A program made the translations under genes and the position numbers. Below are positions 13,373 to 24,653 of a stretch of DNA of 64,000 nucleotides, piece after piece. Origin of the DNA: the human T2T-CHM13v2.0 reference genome, Homo sapiens; NCBI RefSeq assembly GCF_009914755.1, contig NC_060936.1, one strand, 5' to 3'. The first letter of the stretch is position 1, and each line of letters opens with the position of its first letter. The notes under the pieces were generated by a model. It did no database searches. It worked only from the letters and a program-made list of their open reading frames with translations, and was not told the DNA's origin.

Positions 13373-14195
13373 TGATATGGTTTGGCTCTTTGTCCCCATC
13401 CAAATCTCACATTGAATTGTAATCCCCAGTGTTTGAGATGGGACATGGTGGGAGGTGATTGGATCATGTGGGTGGTTTCTAATGGTTTAGCACCATCCCC
13501 CTAGTGCTGTCTCACTGTAGAATTCTCAGGAGATCTAGTTGTTTAAAAGTTTGTAGCATCTCTCTAGGCCAGGTACAGTGGCTCACGCCTGTAATCCCAG
13601 CACTTTGGGAGGCCAAGGCAGGTGGATCACGAGGTCAGGAGATTTAGACCATCCTGGTCAACATGGTGAAATCCCATTTCTACTAAAAATACAAAAATTA
13701 GCCAGGTGTGGTGGTGCACACCTGTAGTCCCAGCTACTCAGGAAGCTGAGGCAGAAGGATCGCTTGAACCTGGGAGGCAGAAGTTGCAGTGAGCCGAGAT
13801 CATGCCACGGCACTCCAGTCTGGATGACAGAGCAAGACTCCGTCTCAAAAAAAAAAAAAAAGAAGGAAGGAAGAAAGAAAGAAGAAAGAAAAGAAGGAAA
13901 GAAAGAAAGAAAGAAAGAAAGAAAGAAGAAAGAAAGAAAGAAAGAAAGAACGAACAAAAGAAAGAAAGAAAACAATAGTGTAGTACCTCTCTCCCACCCA
14001 CTCACTCTCTCTTGCTGGCCATGTGAATATGTGCCTGCTCCCCCTTTGCCTTCTCCCATGATTGTAAGTTTCCTGAGGCCTCCCCAGCTATGCCTCTTGT
14101 ATAGCATGCAGAAGAACTGTGAGTCAATTTAAACTCTTGTCTTTATAAATTTCCCAGTCTCAGGTAATTGTTTATAGCAGTGCAAGAACAGACTG
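13373..14195 (+). mobile_element. MST-family MaLR solo LTR (MSTA/MSTB) split by an Alu
   Basis: Starts tgatatggtttggctc; ends cccagtctcaggtaattgtttatagcagtgcaagaacagact. Confidence 0.88.
13567..13972 (+). mobile_element. AluS (Sc-like) with polyA/(GAAA)n tail
   Basis: Full dimer; gatcacgaggtcaggagat...accatcctggtcaacatgg; diverged TSD tgtagcatctctct / tgtagtacctctct. Confidence 0.93.
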
Positions 14196-14239
14196 AGATT
14201 TTCCATGGCAACTTTCCTGACTTGGGGTCCCCCAGCTCT

Positions 14240-14650
14240 TCTGTTCAGGTTGGCATTTTCCAGAACCAGGGGCTGAGACCGTATTTAGGATGCAAGATGT
14301 TTATCAGGGATCCACTGTGAAAGGAAGATGGAAGAACTAGATAGGGGAAAAAAAGAGGTCAAACCGTGATGCAGACCTGAAAATTTTCAGTCAATCTGAT
14401 AGGAAGCTATGGAGTGATGATTTCTATTAAAGTTGCGCTATACTGGGTTAAAATGGCTTGGTTTTATAACCACTCTTGGCTGTCACCAGTTGTGAGCTGC
14501 TCCAGGAATGGTGTGACCATGAATGAAGGAAGCTGTTGTAGCTGAAGCAGACCTTTAAAAAGCAAACAGCTGAAAACCATCTGCTGACCAAACCACCTGC
14601 GGAAATCCTTTGGGGGGAATGGGATGAAGCCGTTTCATTTCTACCACACC
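14240..14650 (-). mobile_element. LTR16-like ERVL solo LTR
   Basis: gctgagacc...tgcaagatgtttat...tgatgcagacc...tttatacc-like text; similar to 53289-53682. Confidence 0.65.
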
Positions 14651-15850
14651 TTGCAACGATTGTTTAAGCTTCTATTTCCTTATATTAAAATTTAATACTT
14701 GAATAATTTAAAGTGGTTTTTTTATTTGATTGATTAATAGACATAAGCAACTTTTTGATTATATTTTAATTATTTTCTTGATATCTGCCTCTTTAATAGA
14801 TCGGTAGCATCCTGAGGTTATAGAACCTATATTTTCTTATTTTTTGCATCATCTAACAGAACATATGACTAATAATAAAATGTGTTAGTAATTGAATAAG
14901 AGAGGCATATGAAATAGGTCTTAAATCATTATTAAAGTTTCCCAGTCAGAGCACAGGAATAAAGGCTAAATAGCTTTTGTTCTAATAACTGCAGTCGTGA
15001 AACTATTTTCTTTTGTGTTTTTAAGACATATAAAGGAATAGTTTACATTTATTCACTGCCCTGTAAACGCTTAATCATCTCCCCAAGCCGACATCTCTTC
15101 AAAAACAATTGAGATAATAAGTAAAATACATTTTTTTATTTTCAGATAATTTGTTTAAATGTAAATATTTCAGTATGTAAACCATTTTCAATGGTTATTT
15201 TTGAAAAATCTGAATTGTATTCATAAATTTCATGTTTAAATTCAAACACAGAAAAATAAAGATAACATTTTTTAGAAGTTTTTAAAATACAAAAACATTT
15301 TCTATTTGTAATTAATAAGATGTTATATATTTTTCTGTCTATGTTTTTGTGGGTTTTACTTTATGCTAGGCAATATTTCTATTCATCTTCTATAAAAGGG
15401 ATAATTTATATATTTTTATAAAAATTAAATTACGTAGCATATTTAAAGTACCTTAGGTATAATGGATTCTAAAGTATGTCTCACTGTAGTATGCCTTAAT
15501 TATCGTTTTATTTGGCAAAGGAATTGCCATTCCATCTCCATATTTTTAGCACCAAACATAGTATTTGACCCAGAGTATGCACTAAATAAATGTTAGTTTA
15601 TTTAAAGTGAATAAAAAATCAATAAAATAGGTTCAAAATTATGATAGGAATTTTAAACAATTAGAAATCAAAGAAAAAACCAGTCTCAGGTATATAATGG
15701 CAGCATTTAAGGCTTATATTGCATTGTTTTCTTCAAATATTAGCTCACAAATGATGTTTGTCCATCACCCAAACAGATGTTCATTTTAAAGTCTGAATGA
15801 TGACTCAGAAAGAGAATATGAGATTACTTACTTTTCCCTTTCAGTTGAGC

Positions 15851-15910
15851 ATATAAAGGTGTTCACAAAAGGTGTTCATAATATAAAGGTGAACACAAAA
15901 AGTGTTCATT
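15851..15910. repeat. 30-bp tandem duplication
   Basis: atataaaggtgttcacaaaaggtgttcata / atataaaggtgaacacaaaaagtgttcatt. Confidence 0.9.
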
Positions 15911-16563
15911 TGTGGTAGATGGAGAGCTGGAAATGTAATCTCCAAATACTAAATTCACAATCACTATTTCCTAGTTAAAAACATTAATTGTGAGGTTACT
16001 ATTGTTTCTATCATCCATTCTTCTAGAATTGTAAAGAAAAAAAAATAAAATAGATTCCATTACATAAATCAAGTTATCTTTATGCTTTTATATTCAGCAA
16101 ATACTTATTTGATGGCTCTCCAATGTGTGAAACAAAGTTCTTTGTTAATGTGATTAATCCTATAAATCAATAAAGCTACTTTCATAAAGGATCTATTGCT
16201 ATAATAAAATATAGCCAGCTCCTAAAGCTGGTCATTTTACAGTTTACCCAACTGCTTTCCTAAAATACTAACTCCCCTTATCATCCAAAGCCTGCCCAGC
16301 CTCCACTGCCAATGTCAAGTTTTGTTTAGCACAAGGTGACTAGGGTGTTGAAAATTAGGATTTTAGTTCTCAAGTCACCTCTAACTTAAGCTACATTATC
16401 TGCTGGAGCTTGAAGTCTGTTTGTATATAAGAGGATTGTCTACATATGTGATTTCTAAGTTCTGTTCCTACTTTAAGAGTTGCATGGAACTGCAGAGTGT
16501 TTTTTCTTAACTTACCGTTTCTTTGCTGAATTTCTACAGCATTTCATACCCACTGCCATATAA

Positions 16564-16957
<394 letters not shown>

Positions 16958-17357
16958 ATACGCGTCTTATTTTCTAAATCAAATTGCAAATTCTTCAAGG
17001 AAAGTCTTGTACTTAATCTCCACTAGTCTCTCTCTCACTTACAACAATATTTAAGACATAGTTGATACTTCTGGGTTTATTTAATAAAGCCATTGTTCAA
17101 AAATTTAAACTTAGAAAAAATTAGATGACAACTATTAATATTATTGTAGAAAGGGGCCCGTTGCTTTACCAAATAAGTAATATTTGAGAAGTGTACAGAA
17201 TTGTCAAAACTTTTCATTGCTTTCTCCCAGTAAACACATGTGACCAGAGGAGCTTCCTAAACATGAAGTGTCAGAAACACATCTCTGCCTTTTCTCTTTA
17301 GGAACTACCTTCTTTCACAACTACACTCAAAGAAAGAAATAATAAAATCTGGCTTAC

Positions 17358-17378
17358 CTGTTCAGAAGTTGCCAACCC
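17358..17378 (-). other. Candidate 21-nt microexon
   Basis: Minus strand: long T-rich tract ...ttttcttctggcag|GGGTTGGCAACTTCTGAACAG|gtaagc; length divisible by 3; two open frames. Confidence 0.4.
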
Positions 17379-17729
17379 CTGCCAGAAGAAAAAATAAAAA
17401 ATAAAAATAAAAATAAAAAACAATTGGAGGAAATGGCAGTTTGATGGGAAATGCTAGGTGAGTGTTCTCTTTTTTATTTCACCTCTCCTTCCCCTATCAA
17501 TCTGGAATAGTTCTTCTCATTCTGAATATGTCTTTCTCCCCTGTCTTTTCTCCCATCCTTGCACAAGGCTCTGGAAATGATTTTTAATATGTAATCTGAA
17601 TGGTGCTCTGGAGCTTATGGTCTTATTCAATCCTCCTAAGAAGCTTGTGAAATAAATATAGAATTTAGCATCTGAATGTCACACAAATGAAATTGAACTT
17701 TAGAGTGACGGAGCTGAGATCAGAATCCA

Positions 17730-17896
17730 GGCTGGGTGTAGTGGCTCATGCCTGTATTCCCGGACTTTGGGAAGCCAAGGTTGGCTGGAGGATCACTTGA
17801 GCCCAGGAATTCAAGGTAGAAGCCTGCAGTGAGCTATGATTGTGCCACTGCATGCCAGCGCAAGACTAGTCTCTAAAAAATAAAAAAAATAAAAAA
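17730..17896 (+). mobile_element. Monomeric AluJ/FRAM-like element
   Basis: Left-arm-type start, right-arm-type end (gcagtgagctatgattgtgccactgca), A-rich tail. Confidence 0.8.
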
Positions 17897-19847
17897 CTAT
17901 AAAATTAAAAATTCACACCTCCCAAAGAAAATTTCTTGAAGTAACTGTGTAAAACCAGAAGCCAAATAATATTAACATAACCTTTCTTTCCTATTTACTT
18001 CTTTTGAATTGTCTTTAACTTTTTGTTCTTAAATATGTTTCCATTATACTCATGTTGTTTAAATACAAGATAATCAATAAAAGATACGAAATATTCTGAA
18101 GGTATAAGACATAAGACATAGAGCAATCTTTTTAAAAAGTCATTATCCTCTATTATGTGAATGAAACAAACCTGTATTATATTATAATATGAACAATAAC
18201 TTGATAAAGCATATTTGTAAATTTCATTGATATAAGCGTTTTCAAACTTGATAAAATTTAAAGGGAAATTATTTTGAAACGTTGCATCAGTTTTACACTC
18301 TTGCCTCTATTTTGATAGATTTTCAGGGGTATTGTCCCAGAACTAGTACAAGGGAATGGTGAACTCTCATTTCTTTCACAGTCCTGACCTGGACTTTTTA
18401 GAGCATCATAGTTTCCTTTTAAACACTCTACAAGTACTCAAGTACAACCAATTTAATTTTGAAGAATATATGCCAAATATTTTCCATAATGTGTGATGCT
18501 TTCCTACAGCCAGTTGAGCTGTGATCTTCAAACTGATTAACTCTGCTTTGTTTTCTTTTTTCTGCTTGTGAGAGCCTGCAGGTAGGTACTGATCCATTCC
18601 AGTTAATATCTAATGATGATGAGCTGAAGACAAAATCCCAGCTAACAGCTCCCATCTGTGGTTATGCATAAAATATCTGCTTCTGGCAAGTGACACCATA
18701 TGCAAATCAAAAATGTGAATACTGCAGAAGTTACATAATATATTCACATATGCCTAAAATAGAAATTTCCCCACTTTTACCATCTTCCATTTCTATAATG
18801 CTCAGGAACCCTATAAATAGAGTTAGAAATATATTTTTATTTATATTTTCTAGTATGCTTGTTTTGGCTCTCACATTAAAGAATACTTTACACAACAAAT
18901 TTAATTTAATGGATATTAATTTTTTAAAATTGGCATTGCTTTTCATGTCATTATAATATTCTTAAGGCTAGTGGCTATATGTAATTATTATAGTATTCCC
19001 CTAGGACCTAATACTTAACATATACTTGCTGCCTTAAGGCCTTCTCCGTATTTGCTGCCAGCAAAACCATCCATCCATATGATTCACTGTTTTCAGACTT
19101 AAAAATGAATGTAAGTAATATATTCCATGTGTAGATTTTAAACTCTTATTATTTCAGAAAGAAAATTGTCTAGTCTCTCTCTCTCTTTGCAGTTAGTTTC
19201 TAGTTGGTATTAGGTTGTTTACATTTTAGTGGCTGTATATCTGTAAAATTAGTCTAAGATTCGTCTTAAGGGAGCATCATTCTTAGGGAGCCTTGTCCTT
19301 GAGAATAAATTATGAAATTAATAATTAACTTGACATTGCATGAGCAATTCTTGATGGAATCCAGTGTTCAAAAAGAATGTTAGCATCTTGGAAGGAGTCA
19401 CTGGGGCAACCTTTTAGAGACAAAGTGCTCTTCCTGAATGTATAAGACTTTGCCACTGTGTGTCAGACATCAGAAAGCCGGACATTTATGGCTTAATAAT
19501 ACAGCTCTGTTATCAAATAGTAAGTATGCCCTCTTACTTGGAAACTTTTTATTCACTTGGAAACCAGGTAAACTCCAGAAGTTAAAGAAGAAAAGTGATA
19601 TCATTTTAGGAATATAAGGATACATCTTATAACTTCTATAGCGCTCCATTTTTTTAAGTCAAGTGGGACATAGGAAGATAAGTTTTAATTATCTTTTGAT
19701 TGGACAGTACAAATTTTTTTTATCATCTCCAGGAAAATTATATGTGTTCCTCATATTTCATTAACTCATAAAGTACACACTTTAACTTTAAACCACTCAG
19801 GCTAATCCTTCTCTCACTTGAGGAATTTAATTATAGAACATTGCCTC

Positions 19848-20354
19848 TATAAATCATGCTGCTATAAAGACACATGCACACGTATGTTTATTGCTGCATT
19901 ATTCACAATAGCAAAGACTTGGAACCAACCCAAATGTCCAACTATGATAGACTGGATTAAGAAAATGTGGCACATATACACCATGGAATACTATGCAGCC
20001 ATAAAAAATGATGAGTTCATGTCCTTTGTAGGGACATGGATGAAATTGGAAATCATCATTCTCAGTAAACTATCGCAAGAACAAAAAACCAAACACCGCA
20101 TATTCTCACTCATAGGTGGGAATTGAACAATGAGAACACATGGACACAGGAAGGGGAACATCACACTCTGGGGACTGTTGTGGGGTGGGGGGAGGCGGGA
20201 GGGATAGCATTGGGAGATATACCTAATGCTAGATGATGAGTTAGTGGGTGCAGCACACCAGCATGGCACATGTATACATATGTAACTAACCTGCACAATG
20301 TGCACATGTACCCTAAAACTTAAAGTATAATAAAAAATAAAAAAATAAAAAAAA
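19848..20354 (+). mobile_element. 5'-truncated young L1 (L1PA2-like)
   Basis: ORF2 end ...KTKHRIFSLIGGN*; 3'UTR gatgatGAGttagtggg (not Ta ACA), aacctgcacaatgtg; TSD AACATTGCCTC (19837-47, 20355-65). Confidence 0.95.
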
Positions 20355-20771
20355 AACATTGCCTCAAGTGAGAAAAGTAATTTTGAAGGTGTATTTGCAT
20401 AGGTGCTGGGCTGTGTCTTTGTTGACCTTTATTTTATTCTTTTTAGATATTCACTGAGTTCAGCTGGGCTCTCTGAGTCTCTGGGGTGTTAGAATACTAG
20501 CAATTTTATGATCAGTAAATGTTTATTAGGAGAAAACGTGAGTTTTGAGAAACTTAGGAAAGCTGGGATGTTTATCTTTTGGAATAAGGCAAACAATGAT
20601 GAATCTCTCTTACTGAGAGATTTATTCATTTATGGGAAGTTTCACATGAACAACTCCCACTCCTAAATACACGACTGGGAGTAGTAACAATTCTTATGGA
20701 GGTGAGGACTCTAGATATGACTGATCAAGAGTGAATGAATGGGAATATTATTCAGCACTAAAAAGAGATGA

Positions 20772-21045
20772 GCCACGCCTGGTAGCTCATGCCTGTAATC
20801 CCAACATTTTGGGAGGCAAAAGCATGTGGATCGCTAGAGCCCAGAAGTTTGAGACCAGCCTGGCCAACATGGTGAAACCTCCATCTCTACAAAAAAATAC
20901 AAAAATTAGCCAGGTGTGATGGCATAGCTGTAAACCCAGCTACTCAGGAGGCGGAGGTCGGAGTGAGCCAAGATCCCACCACTGCACTCCAGCCTGGGTG
21001 ACAGAGTCAGATTCTGTCTCCAAAAAAATAAAAAAATAAGAGAAA
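20772..21045 (+). mobile_element. Alu (J/S) with right-arm deletion
   Basis: Alu dimer; TSD ~aagagatgag/aagaaatgag; right arm jumps tactcaggag->gcggaggt. Confidence 0.9.
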
Positions 21046-21087
21046 TAAGAAATGAGCTAACAAGCCATGAAAAGACCTGGAGGAATC

Positions 21088-21152
21088 TTTTTAAAATTTT
21101 TTTACTTTCAATTTTTGTGGGTACATAGTAGGTGTACATATTTATGGGGTAC
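21088..21152 (-). mobile_element. Very short L1MA 3' end
   Basis: aatttttgtgggtacatagtaggtgtacatatttatggggtaca with T-tail; same family text as 30345-30400. Confidence 0.8.
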
Positions 21153-21960
21153 AACCTTAAACATATATTACTAAGTGAAAGAAGCCAATAGGAAAAGGAT
21201 GCATGCTGCATGATTCCAAGTACATGGCATTCTGGACAAGTCGAAACTGTGGAGAGAGTAAAAAGATCAGCGGTTGCCAGAAGTTGAGGGGAGGGAAGGA
21301 TGACTAGGCAGACCACAGGGATTTTAGGGCAGTGAAACCATTTTGTATGATAACACAATGATGGATACTGCCATTATACATTTTCTGAAAACCCATAGAA
21401 TGTAAAAACCAGGAATAAATACTACTGTAAACCATGGACTTTGGATAATAATGATGTGTTAATGTAGGTTCTTCAATTGTAACAAATGTACCACTCTGGT
21501 GGGGGATATTTGCAGTGGGGGAGGTTATGCATGTGTGGGGGCAAGAAGTACGAGTATTTGAAAAATTTCTGTACTTTCTGCCCAATATTTCTGTGAACCT
21601 AAAACTTCCCTAAAAAATAAAATTTATTTGAAAGGAAAAAAATTATAAATGAATGTAGTGTTTTAGAAACTATATTAAATATATTAGATGAAATAATATA
21701 CCAGAGAAATGGTTCGGGCAGCATTGTAGGCCCACTAACCTAAAATTATTTTAACCTAAGTAGATGTGCTCCTTTATTGATGTTCAATGTCTTATTAAGC
21801 TTTGTAGCTCACAATGTGAAGATACTGCCTAGTCACAGACACCAGTTATTTAGTGCCCAGCTTCCCTACCATGATTAGACCAGCCATTTAGACAAATGTG
21901 TCTACTGTCCTTAAGGCCTTGCTTGGCTAAATCAGAGGCCAATAAGAGTCTCTCACTGTC

Positions 21961-22387
21961 TGTGATGGTTAATATGAGTGTCAACTTGATTGGATTGAAG
22001 GATGCAAAGTATTGATCCTGGGTGTGTATGTGAGGGTGTTGCCAAAGGAGATTCACATTTGAGTCAGTGGGCTGCGGAAGGCAGACCCACCCTTAGTCTG
22101 GTGGGCACAATCTAATCAGCCAGGAGTGAATATAAAGCAGGCAGAAAAACATGAAAAGGGAGACTGGCTTAGCTTCCCAGCCTATATCTTTCTCCCATGC
22201 TGGATGCTTCCTGCACTGGACTCCAAGTTCTTCAGTTTTGAGACTTGAACTGGCTATCCTTGCTCCTCAAGCTTGCAGACAGTCTATTGTGGGACCTTGT
22301 GATCACGTAAGTTAATAAACTCCATATATATATATGTATATATATATATACATATATATACATATATATATACACACACACATACAC

Positions 22388-22434
<47 letters not shown>

Positions 22435-22475
22435 ACCTATTAGTTCTGTCCCTCTAGAGAACCCTAATTAATATA
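21961..22475 (+). mobile_element. MLT2A1 5' LTR
   Basis: tgtgatggttaata...gattggattgaaggatgcaaagtattgatcc...ctctagagaaccct; TATAAA at ~22131; AATAAA at ~22314; (TA)/(CA) tract in U5. Confidence 0.93.
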
Positions 22476-22480
22476 GATTT

Positions 22481-22495
22481 TGGTACCAGGAGTGG
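22481..22495 (+). promoter_or_regulatory. Primer-binding site (tRNA-Leu)
   Basis: TGGTACCAGGAGTGG just after the LTR; complementary to the tRNA-Leu 3' end (CCACTCCTGGTACCA). Confidence 0.85.
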
Positions 22496-22692
22496 TTCTA
22501 GAGGAACAGAATATTAAGGATGGAGTTCCTTCATTGGTTTTGGGGTTTCTGGAGTTGGCTGCTTAACATGATTACACCCCAAAATACTAAAGACTGTACT
22601 TCTAATGGTGTGCAGAATACTGACAGTCCTTGGAGTGAACTATTTAGAGAATATGCAAAATAAATGCATTTGACACTCCTGATTCACCGCTT

Positions 22693-24171
22693 GTGAGAGG
22701 CAAGGAACTTAGTGACACTATACATAATACCTTTGACCATATGTGGAGAACCAAGGAACATAATGAAACTGGTTGGGTGTTCCTAAGTTCAGCGGAAAAA
22801 GTGATGAAAGAAAATGATGAACTCAGGGATTCTGTCTCCCAGCTTCAGAAGCAGATACTGAGGCTCAAATCTGCTAAGATTGCCCTGTATGAGAGTATTA
22901 TCTCCTTTAGAGAAAGAGCTGAAATGGTGGAAAAACAGATACAAGATCTTATCATGCGAGTGGCTGACCTGCAATGAAAGCTGCATGGACAGCCTCACCA
23001 AGTGTCTACTGTTAAAGTGAGAGCATTGATTGGAAAATAAATGGACACTGCAACCTGGAATGGGGACATGTAGGAGGAACTTGATGAAGCTGAGGACACT
23101 GAGTTTGTAAACTCTGGTGAACCTTTTTGCCAGAAGAACAGCTTCCCCATTCCCAGTAGTGGCAGCATCACCTCCTGACCCATGCTGCCATCAGCCTTTC
23201 CACCTTTGTCTGAGGGGAGAAACCTGAGCTGCCTGGGGCAATAGTGATGGCCTCCTCTGAGGCAGTTGCCAGGTAAAATAATGTTGATTCTCCTCAGAAG
23301 CCACCCCCAACACCCCTGTTTGCTTCTAGACCTATAACTAAAGTCCCAGCGGGGCCCTAGAGGTGAGGTTGAGAGTGTGATCCATGAGGAGCTGTGCTAC
23401 ACTCGAAAAGAACAGCTTGAATTCTCTAATTTATGTAAATGGAAATCTGGAGAACAGGCTTGGGAATGGATACTAAGGGTATGGGATAATGGTGGAAGAA
23501 ACATGAGTTGGATCAGGCTGAATTTGTTGCTTTGGGCTCACTAGTAGGGACTCTGCATTTAATGTTGCAGCTCGGGGAGTGAAAAAAGGTTCTAATAGTT
23601 TATTTGCTTGGTTAGCTGAAATATGGATTAAAAGATGGCCCACTGTGAGCGAGCTGGAAATGCCTGATCTCCCTTGGTATAATGAAGAAGAAGGGATCCA
23701 AAGGCTTAGGGAGATTGAGGTGGTAGAGTGGATTAGTCACTTTAGACCTACTCATCCGAGCTGAGAGGGTCAGAAGATATACCCTTGACCAATGTCTTGC
23801 AAAATAGACTTGTGAGGTCAGCACCTGCATCATTGAAGAGCCCTGTGATTGCTCTTCTCTGTATGTCAGATCTAATAGTGAGAACCACAGCCACTCAACT
23901 GCAAAATTTAAATACAATGGGAATAATTGGATCTGGAGGTAGCAGGGGCAAAGTGGTGGCACTCAACCATCAAAGGCAAGATGGGCATAGCTACCATAAT
24001 GGACAGCAGAGACAAACCAGCAATCAGAATAATCTGACTCATGCAGAGCTCTGGCATTGGCTAATTAATTATGGTGGTCCTATAAGTGAAGTTGATAGGA
24101 AGCCTATTGCATTTCTACTTAATTTATATAAGGAGAAAACTTCTAAGTCAAATAGAAAAAGATTACTTTGA
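22693..24171 (+). pseudogene. gag: HERV-L gag, disrupted
   Basis: Fragments KENDELRDS...LIMRVADLQ, SLFAWLAEIWIKRWPTVSELEMP, ELWHWLINYG broken by stops and frameshifts. Confidence 0.85.
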
Positions 24172-24339
24172 ATTTTAAAAACAGAGAATCACTTTCCCTC
24201 AATCAATTTCCAGACTTGAGTTAGTTTACAGACACAGAACCCCTTGAATGAAGGGGAGGCCGGGTCCCGTTGAGGAAGGACCCCACTACATTACTGACAA
24301 TTTATGCAGTGAATCTTTCTCCCATCCTTCCCCAAGGAG

Positions 24340-24653
24340 GCCTCCAGCCTTTTACCAGGATAACTGTGCACTAGGGAAAGGGAAATGATCAGGCATTTCT
24401 GGGACTACTAGACACTGGCTCTGAGCTGACCTTGACTCCAGGGGAACCAAAATGTCACTGTGGTCCTCCAGTTAAAGTAGGGGCTTATGGAGGTCAGGTA
24501 ATTAATGGGGTTTTAGCTCAGGTCAAACTTACAGCGAGTCCAGTGTGTCCCCAGACTCATCCTGTTATTTCCCCAGTGCCGGAATGCATAATTGGCATAG
24601 ACATACTTAGCAGCTGGCAGAACCCCCACATTGGCTCCCTGACTGGTAAGTGA
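24340..24653 (+). pseudogene. pro: HERV-L aspartic protease
   Basis: GLLDTGS (DTG at 24411-24419) and CIIGIDIL motifs. Confidence 0.85.

Larger units (their letters stand above)
20730..21630 (+). mobile_element. L1MC1-like 3' end carrying nested Alu and short L1MA piece
   Basis: ggaatattattcagcactaaaaag...caagccatgaaaagac...gtaaaaagatcag..ggttgccag...tgtgaacctaaaact. Confidence 0.8.

Noticed and set aside
13658-14132. 149-aa and 122-aa ORFs
   Set aside because: Read through Alu, (GAAA)n tail and MST LTR
19818-20126. 102-aa ORF with near-perfect L1 ORF2 C-terminus
   Set aside because: 5'-truncated L1PA2 without promoter; 3'UTR lacks the Ta ACA diagnostic, so not an active L1HS
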